Assembly (NCBI GenBank): GCA_043799675.1
Contig: JAZDNN010000027.1
Span: 2,589-66,588, forward strand
Length of the DNA: 64,000 nt
Direction: 5' to 3'
From: Candidatus Aenigmatarchaeota archaeon
GTDB taxonomy: Archaea; Aenigmatarchaeota; Aenigmatarchaeia; Aenigmatarchaeales; JACQIB01
Part shown: one piece after another, positions 43,796 to 52,043 of the stretch
How positions within the stretch are numbered: position 1 is the first letter of the stretch
How the letters are laid out: each line of letters begins with the position of its first letter
Program-made: the position numbers and the translations under genes
The notes under the pieces: generated by a model
What the model was told of the DNA's origin: nothing
Databases searched by the model: none
Seen by the model: the letters and a program-made list of their open reading frames with translations, nothing else

Positions 43796-44911
43796 TCAAT
43801 CCTTCAGTAGCCATTTGTCCAGGCCCTTTCTCGCTTGTTCTCTTTTCTTCTGGTGCTCCTTGAGGAATGCGTTTATCCTCACGGTGAGGTCGGCTTTGTG
43901 CTCGCCGGCGAGCAGGCTCCCGTCCCTTTCGCTCTCGAGTATCTTCTCGAGCTTCTTGTCGTCCTGTTCGAAGAAGAACCTGTAGAACTGGCATATCGAG
44001 CAGACGTCCGGATTGCCGCCCAGCTTTTGTTGGAGTTCCCTTGTTGCCTGCTGGCCGGTGAACGCCCTGTTTATCTTTACCTTGACCGTCTCCGGCGTGT
44101 CGGTGGTGTAGATGGTGCTGTTCGGGTCGCTGGCCGACATCTTGCCGCCGGGCCCGAGACCGGGCATGAACTTGCTGTGGATTATGGCCGGCTTGTAGTA
44201 GCCGAGCTTCGGAAGCACATCCCTCGCGACCCTGAAGTGCGGGTCCTGATCGACACCCAGCGGTATCAGGCACGGTATGTTTCTTTTGGCAAGTACGGAC
44301 GGAAGGAATGCCGGTACCGCCTGCACGCTCGTGAAGAATATGCTTCCGACGTTCGTCTCGTTCGTGAAACCGAACACCGCCTTTGCCGTGCTGAACGTGA
44401 TGTGCTTCGCCACCCTAACCGCCTGCGGATACAGTTTGCCCGCATAATTCGTGTCTATGAATATCTTGGTCTTTTTCTTGTCAAAGCCGAGCGCTATCAG
44501 GTCGAGCGCGTTCTCGAGCGCGTAATTATGCGTTTCCTCTGCACTCAGTTTGTCCTTGAACAGGAATTTCTCGTCATCGGTCATCTGGAACCACAGTTCC
44601 ACACCGAACTTGTCCTGCAGCCACTTTGCGAACATCCACGGTATCAGGTGCCCGAGGTGGGTGTCCCCGGACGGGCCCCTTCCGGTGTAGAGGAAGAACT
44701 TGTTCCCCTTCTCATACTCGTCCAGCAGCCAGTTCATGTCCCTGTGCGCGAAAAATATGCCCCTTCTGAGCATGTAATGGAGCTCGCCCGTGTGCTTCCT
44801 TATCCTGTCCAGCAGCGGCTGTTCTATCCTGTCCAGCCCGAAATCGCGCCTCAGCTTTTCGTAATCCACGTCCCCGATGACTTCCCAGGGCGTTACCTTC
44901 ATGTCCGCCAT
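43796..44911 (-). CDS. trpS: tryptophan--tRNA ligase (archaeal/eukaryotic type)
   Basis: YTGRGPSGDTHLGHLIPW is the HIGH region. KMSAS is the archaeal/eukaryotic TrpRS-type KMSKS variant. The length is 371 aa. Confidence 0.85.
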   Translation of the reverse strand: MADMKVTPWEVIGDVDYEKLRRDFGLDRIEQPLLDRIRKHTGELHYMLRRGIFFAHRDMNWLLDEYEKGNKFFLYTGRGPSGDTHLGHLIPWMFAKWLQDKFGVELWFQMTDDEKFLFKDKLSAEETHNYALENALDLIALGFDKKKTKIFIDTNYAGKLYPQAVRVAKHITFSTAKAVFGFTNETNVGSIFFTSVQAVPAFLPSVLAKRNIPCLIPLGVDQDPHFRVARDVLPKLGYYKPAIIHSKFMPGLGPGGKMSASDPNSTIYTTDTPETVKVKINRAFTGQQATRELQQKLGGNPDVCSICQFYRFFFEQDDKKLEKILESERDGSLLAGEHKADLTVRINAFLKEHQKKREQARKGLDKWLLKD

Positions 44912-44974
44912 AGCAATACCTAGAGCGGGCTATTATAAATTACGCGATATAAGGATTGGTCGGAGTATTGTTGT

Positions 44975-46426
44975 ATGCCAAGCATAGAGGACGTTGAGGC
45001 CCTCGCGAAGCGCAGGGGATTCTTCTGGGTATCTTCCGAGCTCTACGGCGGCGCATCCGGTTTCTACGATTACGGTCCGGTAGGGACCCTGTTGAAGAGG
45101 AAGCTCGAGCGGGCGTGGAAGGGGTATTTCCTCGGCCTGGATCCGAACTTTTTCGAGATTGATGCGACCAACATAATGCCGGAAAAGGTGTTCAAGGCAT
45201 CCGGCCACCTTGAGAGTTTTGTTGATCCCGTTGCAAAGTGCAGGAAGTGCGGGACCCCGCACCGGGCGGACCAGATGATGGAGGACCTCCTGCACGAGAA
45301 GTTCGAGGGCATGACGCCGGAGCAGCTCTCGGAGCTGATAAGGAAGCACAAGATAAGATGCCCGAAATGCAAGGGCGAGCTCGGGGACGTTTCCGTGTTC
45401 AATATGATGTTCAGGCTGGGTGTCGGCCCGACCGGGGAGACCGTCGCCTATCTCCGTCCCGAGACCGCGCAGGGCGCATATGTGAACTTCCAGCAGTGCT
45501 TTGAGGTGCTGAGAAAGAGGCTCCCTCTCGGCCTCGCGATCGTGGGAAGGGCCTACAGGAACGAGATATCGCCCCGCCAGCTGACCAGCAGGCAGCGCGA
45601 ATTCACGCAGGCCGAACTCCAGATTTTCTTCGATCCCGAAAAAATAAGCGACCATCCTGATTGGAACTCGGTGAAGGATTACAGGCTCCTTGCGATGCAC
45701 GTTGGCGGGTCCGTGAAGGAGCTTGCATGCGAGCAGCTCCTGAAGGACGTTCCGAAGTTCTACGTTTACCACATGGCCATGGTCCAGAAGTTCTTCCTGG
45801 ATGTCCTGAAGGTCCCGCGCGAGAAGTTCAGGTTCAGACAGCTCTCGGACGAGGAGAAGGCGTTCTACAACAAGTATCATTGGGATATGGAAATGGATTG
45901 CTCGGCTCTGGGCGGATTCAGGGAGGTCGGCGGTGTGCATTATCGTACCGACCATGACCTCGCCGGGCACCAGAAGGTTTCGGGAAAGAACCAGGAAGTG
46001 TTCTTTGACGGCAAGAGGTTCATCCCCCATGTGCTGGAGCTTTCGTTCGGTGTTGACAGGATCATCCTCTGCCTCCTTGACGTCCACAACGCGAAGGAAG
46101 GCGACAGGACGTTCATAACGCTCCCGCATTCGATTTCCCCGTTTTCGGTTGCCGTCTTTCCGCTCCTGAACAAGGACGGGTTGCCGGAGAAGGCGATGGA
46201 GGTCTATCGTCTGCTGAAGAAGTCCGTTGATTGTTTCTATGACGATTCCGGAAGCATAGGAAAGCGCTATTACAGGCAGGACGAGATAGGAACTTTCGCC
46301 TGCGTCACCATAGACCATGACACGCTCAAGGACGGTTCGGTGACTGTGAGGGACCGTGACACCACCAAGCAGGTGCGCGTGAAGATAACCGAGCTTGAGA
46401 AATGGCTCCGCGAGCGAATGAAATGA
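44975..46426 (+). CDS. glyS: glycine--tRNA ligase (alpha2 type)
   Basis: RRGFFWVSSELYGGASGFYDYGPVG is the GlyRS N-terminal signature. Class II motifs and an anticodon-binding C-terminus follow. Confidence 0.9.
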   Translation: MPSIEDVEALAKRRGFFWVSSELYGGASGFYDYGPVGTLLKRKLERAWKGYFLGLDPNFFEIDATNIMPEKVFKASGHLESFVDPVAKCRKCGTPHRADQMMEDLLHEKFEGMTPEQLSELIRKHKIRCPKCKGELGDVSVFNMMFRLGVGPTGETVAYLRPETAQGAYVNFQQCFEVLRKRLPLGLAIVGRAYRNEISPRQLTSRQREFTQAELQIFFDPEKISDHPDWNSVKDYRLLAMHVGGSVKELACEQLLKDVPKFYVYHMAMVQKFFLDVLKVPREKFRFRQLSDEEKAFYNKYHWDMEMDCSALGGFREVGGVHYRTDHDLAGHQKVSGKNQEVFFDGKRFIPHVLELSFGVDRIILCLLDVHNAKEGDRTFITLPHSISPFSVAVFPLLNKDGLPEKAMEVYRLLKKSVDCFYDDSGSIGKRYYRQDEIGTFACVTIDHDTLKDGSVTVRDRDTTKQVRVKITELEKWLRERMK

Positions 46427-47052
46427 TATTCGATTTTTGGACCGTCCGCATAGTGGTTGTTTGTACCCTCGTGTTTCTGTTGCAGGTGGCCTATCCGCCG
46501 CTCACCGATTATCTCGTTCTTTCCTCCTCAACGGTCCTTTACCAGCCGTGGACGTTGGTGACTTCGATTTTTGCTCATGCGAGCTTCGAGCATATTTTCT
46601 TCAACATGTTCGGTCTTTTCTTGTTCGGAATGCTGCTTGAGAACATCATAGGCGGCAGGCGATGGCTGCAGATTTTCTTTGCGGCCGGCCTGCTTGGCGG
46701 ACTGGTAGGCCTCCCGTTCTACGATGCGACTCTCGGCGCGAGCGGGGCGATATTCGGAATAATAGGCGCGCTGGGGATGCTCCGTCCGCGCATGACCGTT
46801 TATCTCGGCTATGTCCCGATGCCGATGGCCATTGCGGTCATCATCTGGGCAGCCAGCGATATTTTCGGTTTCTTTTTCCCGTCTGACATAGCGAACGTCG
46901 CACATCTGGCCGGTTTGGTTGTAGGCTTGGCTGCGGGATGGAAACTGAGGGAAAGGTTCGGGGAGGTCGCTTCGGCGGTCAGAAGATATTCGGATGGTAT
47001 TCCGGAATCGGCATGGCAGAGATGGGAAGACCGCTATCTCAGGCGCCAATGA
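46423..47052 (+). CDS. rhomboid family intramembrane serine protease
   Basis: The product is polytopic with GASGAIFGIIGA (catalytic Ser) and AHLAGLVVG (catalytic His). Its start overlaps the glyS stop in an ATGA arrangement. Confidence 0.85.
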   Translation: MIFDFWTVRIVVVCTLVFLLQVAYPPLTDYLVLSSSTVLYQPWTLVTSIFAHASFEHIFFNMFGLFLFGMLLENIIGGRRWLQIFFAAGLLGGLVGLPFYDATLGASGAIFGIIGALGMLRPRMTVYLGYVPMPMAIAVIIWAASDIFGFFFPSDIANVAHLAGLVVGLAAGWKLRERFGEVASAVRRYSDGIPESAWQRWEDRYLRRQ

Positions 47053-47170
47053 GTTTCTGCCTTTTCCGGCAATCTTTGCAAAGCATCTGCGACAGGCCGC
47101 GCCGTATTATCTTGCTGAGCCTGCCGACTTTTTTGACGGACCTGTCGCAGCCGTCACATACCGTCTGCAA
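47039..47170 (-). CDS. candidate 43-aa CxxC...CxxC zinc-ribbon ORF with a TTG start, in frame immediately after the TGA of the CBS gene
   Basis: My translation is (L/M)QTVCDGCDRSVKKVGRLSKIIRRGLSQMLCKDCRKRQKLIGA. No ATG start keeps both CxxC pairs. The ORF overlaps the rhomboid 3' end by 14 nt. Confidence 0.35.
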   Translation of the reverse strand: MQTVCDGCDRSVKKVGRLSKIIRRGLSQMLCKDCRKRQKLIGA

Positions 47171-48331
47171 TCAACCTGACCCCGTTTTGAGCATTTCTTT
47201 TAGCTTCCGCGCGTTTTCCCTGGATTTGTCCCTTACGGTCCCCCTTTTCTTCAGGAGCTCCCTTTCAATGTTGTCCATCGCATGACCGGTCGCGTCCCGC
47301 GAATCCCATGCCCATGCTTTTGACATGATGGTTCCCCGGGCCGTCCTGAACCTGGCCCTTACCGACCATTTCACCTTCATGCCGCCGAAATCGTGCCGCT
47401 TGAAATGGATGACCGCGAATTGTACGGGGACGATCGCGGATATCTTCTGTATGGAGTCGCCTATCATCCGGTGCACGGTCTCCATCACCGTCTCGTCCTC
47501 CCCTTCCAGCCCGATGGTCTGGTAGTACATGCCTTTCAGGACCATGCCGGCCGCATACACGTCGAGAAGGTCCTTTACGGTTATCACGCCGACAGGCACC
47601 CCGTTTTCGGTTATCGTTATCCCGGACGATTTCATTTCTACAAGTCGGCGGACCACGTCACTGAGGCTGTCGTTCTTGCTTGCGGTCGGGGGGCGGTCGT
47701 TCATGATGTTGCTCACGGGGAGGCTGGTCATCCGTTCCATTTCCGCAGCCATCCCGTACCACGTCATTTTTTCCCTCGGCGTCCTGAACGCCTTAAGCAG
47801 GTCATTTACGGCAACTATTCCCACAAGCTTTCCCGAATCATCGACTACCGGAAGCCTGCTGAAGCCGTGCTCCCTCATCCTTACTCTTGCCGCCCCTATG
47901 TCGGCGTCCTTGGATATGACTTCCGCGACGGACATCACGCTTTCGGCCCTGGTCTGCCTGAACGGCTTGGTCTGCGCTGCCACCTCGAGAATGTGCCAGA
48001 CTGAAAGCGTGCCGATGACTTTCTTCCCTTCGCACACTGGAAGCGATCTCATCCCGCTCTTCCACAGCAGGTCGACCGCCTCTTCCACCGTGTTTTCCGG
48101 TATCAACGTTGCCGGAACCGGTTCCATCACGTTGCCTATCTTCTGCTTGGTCGGGTCCGTTACCCCTTTTTTCAGCAACCCGTCAAACCTCACCATGCCG
48201 ACCAGTTTCTTGTTTTCTATGACCGCTGCCTCGTGCACGTGTTCCTTCTCCATCATCGAAATGAAAATCGAAACCGGGTCGGACGGAGAGACCTCATCAA
48301 TCTCGTTTGACATGATTTCAGAAACCAGCAT
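47171..48331 (-). CDS. CBS-domain protein (four CBS repeats) with an unassigned C-terminal domain
   Basis: The CBS pattern repeats four times (e.g. VSPSDPV...MMEKEHVHEAAVIENKKLVGMV). The ~110-aa C-terminal extension is not assigned. Confidence 0.8.
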   Translation of the reverse strand: MLVSEIMSNEIDEVSPSDPVSIFISMMEKEHVHEAAVIENKKLVGMVRFDGLLKKGVTDPTKQKIGNVMEPVPATLIPENTVEEAVDLLWKSGMRSLPVCEGKKVIGTLSVWHILEVAAQTKPFRQTRAESVMSVAEVISKDADIGAARVRMREHGFSRLPVVDDSGKLVGIVAVNDLLKAFRTPREKMTWYGMAAEMERMTSLPVSNIMNDRPPTASKNDSLSDVVRRLVEMKSSGITITENGVPVGVITVKDLLDVYAAGMVLKGMYYQTIGLEGEDETVMETVHRMIGDSIQKISAIVPVQFAVIHFKRHDFGGMKVKWSVRARFRTARGTIMSKAWAWDSRDATGHAMDNIERELLKKRGTVRDKSRENARKLKEMLKTGSG

Positions 48332-48384
48332 GAACCTTCTTTCTCCAAAGAGGAATATAAAGGCGCACGAATCGCATTCTGTTC

Positions 48385-48864
48385 ATGAAATACCGTGTTC
48401 GCAGCGGTGTGCTCATCCTCAAGGACGGAAAAATCCTGCTCTACCAGAGGCCCGCCGGATACTGGTATTTTCCCGGAGGCGGCATCGAGCATGGCGAGAC
48501 CGCCGAGAGGTGTGCCGTCCGCGAAACGATGGAAGAGACCGGCCTGAAAATAAAGGTCGGGCGCCTTCTGTACGTGCGAAAGTGGAAGCACCCGAACAGA
48601 TGGAAACACGGCGAGAAAAGGGATTTTGACACGACAGTGGAACTTGTTCATCTGGCACGACCGGTCGGAGGAAAGCTCCGGCCCGGTGTGACCAAAGAAG
48701 ATATTGACAGGACAGCATGCATCCGCTGGCTCGGCTTGGAGGAAGCGTCCCGGGTCTGGTTCCTTTCACCCGACCTGTTGAAGATTTTCAGACGTGACTT
48801 GAAATCGCGTTTCAAGGGTTGCCCCCGTTGGCTGGGCGAAACAAGGTTGCATTTCAGGGCTTGA
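48385..48864 (+). CDS. Nudix hydrolase (copy 3)
   Basis: The Nudix box is GGGIEHGETAERCAVRETMEETGL. Confidence 0.85.
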   Translation: MKYRVRSGVLILKDGKILLYQRPAGYWYFPGGGIEHGETAERCAVRETMEETGLKIKVGRLLYVRKWKHPNRWKHGEKRDFDTTVELVHLARPVGGKLRPGVTKEDIDRTACIRWLGLEEASRVWFLSPDLLKIFRRDLKSRFKGCPRWLGETRLHFRA

Positions 48865-49423
48865 AGAAAGTGACCTGGTAGTACTTGACTTCCTTGCTTT
48901 CGCTGACTACCGCCCAGAGCATGTTCGCGCGGATGTTGTGCGCGAGCCTGACCGCCCTGCTCAGCTCCGGGAAGCTGAACGTGTAACCTTCCTGCACGGA
49001 AAACACTATCCATTTGGTATGTTCCTTGGCGGCCTTGGGTCCGCGCTTGAGCGGCTTGACGCCCCTGTCGTAAACCCTGAAATCGCAGCCGAACTTGAAT
49101 CCGGTCCTGGTGGGCAGCTCCCTCTTCCTCAGGTCCCTGTACACCGTGTAGCGCACATCGAACCGCTGGTCGGCCTTCCTGCAGATTTCCTTCATCTCAT
49201 CGATGCCCAGCCGCTTTCCGTCGGCATCGATTATCTCTATCCTTCCTTCCTCAAGCAGGAGCGTCGCCTCAACCAGGGCAAGCTCAAGCCTGTCTTCCAT
49301 GAATTTCCCGTAGTAATCGCTCTCGAAAATTTTCTTCCCTTCCTCCGCGTCCCAGATTATGGCCCTGTCCTCTATCAGCCGCGCCTCGACCTTTCCATCC
49401 CTAGTTGTTTTGCTTTTGCTCAT
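48854..49423 (-). CDS. endA: tRNA-splicing endonuclease, catalytic-type subunit
   Basis: YTVYRDLRKRELPTRTGFKFGCDFRVYDRG...AKEHTKWIVF retains the Tyr and His of the EndA active-site region. ATG 49423 overlaps the upstream paralogue's TGA (ATGA). Confidence 0.8.
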   Translation of the reverse strand: MSKSKTTRDGKVEARLIEDRAIIWDAEEGKKIFESDYYGKFMEDRLELALVEATLLLEEGRIEIIDADGKRLGIDEMKEICRKADQRFDVRYTVYRDLRKRELPTRTGFKFGCDFRVYDRGVKPLKRGPKAAKEHTKWIVFSVQEGYTFSFPELSRAVRLAHNIRANMLWAVVSESKEVKYYQVTFFKP

Positions 49424-49932
49424 GGAACCAGCTCGTTGATTATGTAGTAGGTCACATCCAGGTCGTTGTCCGCAACGGCCCACAGTGCCAAGGCGCGAAT
49501 GTTTGCTGCCAGTCTTATGGCCTTTCCGAGCTGTTCAAGTGCGGCCGGCCAGTCTTCGGCCGAAGCGAACACTATCCATTTTGCAACAGCCGCGGAACCG
49601 GGCTTTGCTCCCCTGTCGTACACCCTGAAATCGCTTCCCTTGAAACCCAGCCTGACAGGCAGGCCTCTTTCCCTGAGGTCCCTGTAAATAGCGTATCTGG
49701 CTGCAAACTTGGAATCGGACTTTGCCGCGAGGTGATACAGCTCGTTGAAACTGAATTTCCTGCTTCCGTCCGTCACTTCAAGCCTGGCCCTTTCGGACAG
49801 CAGGACCGCCTCAATCATGTCAAGGACCACGTTCTCCCCCTCGAGCTCCCCGTACCAGACCGTATCGTAAAGCTCGCGCCCTGCCGGGCCGCTCATTGTG
49901 ACCCTGTTTTCCTTGATGATTCCCTCGACCAT
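49420..49932 (-). CDS. tRNA-splicing endonuclease paralogue, probable structural (non-catalytic) subunit
   Basis: The sequence aligns along its length with the downstream subunit (YAIYRDLRERGLPVRLGFKGSDFRVYDRG...). It reads AAVAKWIVF where the partner reads AKEHTKWIVF, so the His is missing. Confidence 0.75.
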   Translation of the reverse strand: MVEGIIKENRVTMSGPAGRELYDTVWYGELEGENVVLDMIEAVLLSERARLEVTDGSRKFSFNELYHLAAKSDSKFAARYAIYRDLRERGLPVRLGFKGSDFRVYDRGAKPGSAAVAKWIVFASAEDWPAALEQLGKAIRLAANIRALALWAVADNDLDVTYYIINELVP

Positions 49933-49963
49933 AACCGCAATTCGCTGCGCACTTAATAAATCA

Positions 49964-50515
49964 CTATTCGAGAGCGACGCCGCGGATGCTTGCTTTCAGC
50001 TGGCAGTCCTGGCAGAATTCCGTCTTCTTTGCATCCACGTCGGCTATTGACGGGCTGAACGCCATCACGCATGACGGATGCCTGCAGTGTTCTATTCCGA
50101 GCATGTGTCCGACCTCATGCACCGCCTCTTTTACCGCGCGCTCCGTCAACGCGCCGATGTCCGGCACCCTGTCATAGAATTCCTGGCGCAGCCTTGCAAG
50201 CGAGACGATACAGGAGGCAAGGGTGGGGTCCTCCAGGCCGAACACGAAGTTCAGGCCGTCGTAGTAGATGTCCACATCGGTCACGAACAGGCTGGGAACG
50301 CTCCTGTCTATGAAGGTTGCCGCGCCCGTCCCGTTCAGGGAGGACAGCATGCCCTCCGCGTTGTATTGTTTTCTCCACTGGTTCCAGCTTTCCTTCGGGA
50401 CAACCAGCGCCGGCAATATTCTGGTCTTTACCGAAGTCCTCAATGAAAGTTCGTTCGCTATCGTCTCAACTATGGACTGAGGAGGCCGTCCGACGGGGAT
50501 GACCCGGACCAGCAT
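49964..50515 (-). CDS. amzA: archaemetzincin (peptidase M54)
   Basis: HEVGHMLGIEHC....C is followed by the second zinc site CQDC. The length of 183 aa fits. Confidence 0.9.
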   Translation of the reverse strand: MLVRVIPVGRPPQSIVETIANELSLRTSVKTRILPALVVPKESWNQWRKQYNAEGMLSSLNGTGAATFIDRSVPSLFVTDVDIYYDGLNFVFGLEDPTLASCIVSLARLRQEFYDRVPDIGALTERAVKEAVHEVGHMLGIEHCRHPSCVMAFSPSIADVDAKKTEFCQDCQLKASIRGVALE

Positions 50516-50648
50516 AACATCAATTATAATATAGAGGTTAAAAGCGTGAATTCGAGTGACGTCAACTGCCTAACTGCATCTTCGATAGTTCGCAAAGGTT
50601 GTTCTCGAGTAGATAAAAGAATTAGAATACGGACGCTCATTTCTGGAT

Positions 50649-51299
50649 ATGAAGTTAATGGTTTTTCCATCCAAATCAGAGAAACTTGCTGAATTCTTAG
50701 GAATAATGGCTGGTGATGGCTCCATGGCAGTTTATCGACGAGGTACGAAGACAGATTATCGTGTTATAGTATCCGGCGATAGTAGAGATGATGCCGTATA
50801 CCTGACCAAACATGTACATTCGCTCGTCAAAGAGCTGTTTGGTTTGGAACCGACTTACTGGTATCAGAAATCGCAACATACGATGCACCTTGTCATCAGA
50901 TCCAAGCTTCTCTTGGAATATCTTTCAAGTATTGGGGTTAATGTTGGCAGAAAAATTAATATGTCGATACCAGAGTGGATTCTGGAGAAACGTATTTTCA
51001 TTTTAGCATATCTGAAAGGTCTTTTCGATACAGATGGCGGCATCTACCTCAGAAACGGAACATATCCGGTGGTTTCATTAGCGCAGAAAAGTAGGAAGCT
51101 TGTAGAATCGGTCGAGAAACAATTAAAGGCAAACGGGTTCACCGTTTGGGTAGATTACGATATTGTCAGGAAAGACCCAAGAGGTTTCGTTTCTACAGGA
51201 CACCGATTGTATATATCCGGAAAGAAGAATCTCGGATTGTGGAATAAACACATTGGTTTCAGCAACCCGAAGCATGCAAGCAAGCTGATGGTGGGGTAG
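50649..51299 (+). CDS. free-standing double-motif LAGLIDADG homing endonuclease (copy 2)
   Basis: The two LAGLIDADG motifs are FLGIMAGDGSM and LKGLFDTDGGI. It is a homologue of 19343..20002, and both end in IGF(K/S)NPKH. Its last four codons (ATG GTG GGG TAG) are the complement of the tRNA-Phe 3' end. The gene is AT-rich. Confidence 0.8.
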   Translation: MKLMVFPSKSEKLAEFLGIMAGDGSMAVYRRGTKTDYRVIVSGDSRDDAVYLTKHVHSLVKELFGLEPTYWYQKSQHTMHLVIRSKLLLEYLSSIGVNVGRKINMSIPEWILEKRIFILAYLKGLFDTDGGIYLRNGTYPVVSLAQKSRKLVESVEKQLKANGFTVWVDYDIVRKDPRGFVSTGHRLYISGKKNLGLWNKHIGFSNPKHASKLMVG

Positions 51300-51377
51300 G
51301 GGCGATTTGAACGCCCGACATAGCGGTTCCTGCTTTTTGCTTCAGCCGCTCGCTCTCCCGTGCTGAGCTACTACCCC
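51289..51377 (-). tRNA. tRNA-Phe(GAA) with a 12-nt intron at 37/38; CCA encoded
   Basis: The reverse complement reads GGGGTAG-TA-GCTC-AGCACGGGA-GAGC-G-AGCGG-CTGAAG[CAAAAAGCAGGA]A-CCGCT-ATGTC-GGGCG-TTCAAAT-CGCCC-CTACCCC-A-CCA. Confidence 0.8.
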
Positions 51378-51397
51378 ATTGGCATAGGACCGCCGCT

Positions 51398-52027
51398 TTA
51401 TTTAAAACTCTTTATCTTTGAGACGACGAACTCGTACAGCTTGTTTGCCGTCTCTTTCTTCGTGTAATGGCTGTTGTCTAGGACAAGGTCGTACTTGGAT
51501 TTCAGTTTTTCCGGATCGATTCCGTATATCCGTTTGTATCTTGCCGCATCCTTCTTGTTCCTTTCCTTCCCTCTTTTCGTGAGCTCAGCGATCGGCATCT
51601 TGTATTCCTTCCGTTTCGGGTCTGAGCTGACTCTTTCAGCTATTATTTTTGGGTCGGTTTCTATCCAGACCTTTATCCCGTGCTCGCCTATCACTGCGGG
51701 TGCCATCCTTCCGACATAGATTCCGCCCTTGGTTAGCGCCATTTCCAGGGTGGTCCGGTCTATCCTGATGTCCAGCTCGTCCCCCTTAACTTCTGCCGAG
51801 AATTTTTCCAGTTCACGTTCACTGTAGCCGGCTTCTCTTGCAACCGCGCGGAATATGTCGCCTGCAACGTGCACGGTCATTTTTATTTTATTTTTCTTCT
51901 TCAGAAGCTTTTGCAGGTTGTATGCTGCGGTGTCCTTTCCCGTGCCCGCCCAGCCGCCGATGGCAATTATTGGCATGTCAGGCTCCCCGTGTTTCGCTAT
52001 TATTTCCTTCTCGACCTTTTCAAACAT
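51398..52027 (-). CDS. cmk: archaeal-type cytidylate kinase
   Basis: The P-loop is IGGWAGTGKDT. The length of 209 aa and the RYKRIYGID block fit archaeal Cmk. The longer track ORF start (52132) would overlap top6A. Confidence 0.75.
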   Translation of the reverse strand: MFEKVEKEIIAKHGEPDMPIIAIGGWAGTGKDTAAYNLQKLLKKKNKIKMTVHVAGDIFRAVAREAGYSERELEKFSAEVKGDELDIRIDRTTLEMALTKGGIYVGRMAPAVIGEHGIKVWIETDPKIIAERVSSDPKRKEYKMPIAELTKRGKERNKKDAARYKRIYGIDPEKLKSKYDLVLDNSHYTKKETANKLYEFVVSKIKSFK

Positions 52028-52043
52028 CTTCAGGTAAGTCAAA

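Noticed and set aside
44933-46318. 461-aa minus-strand ORF opposite glyS
   Set aside because: It is a shadow ORF. The plus-strand frame carries unmistakable GlyRS blocks, and the minus-frame product is low-complexity and Leu/Arg/Glu/Pro-biased.
46994-47179. 61-aa plus-strand ORF in the rhomboid/CBS spacer
   Set aside because: It has no start signals and overlaps the rhomboid 3' end in another frame. The minus strand of the same region encodes a far more protein-like CxxC...CxxC segment.
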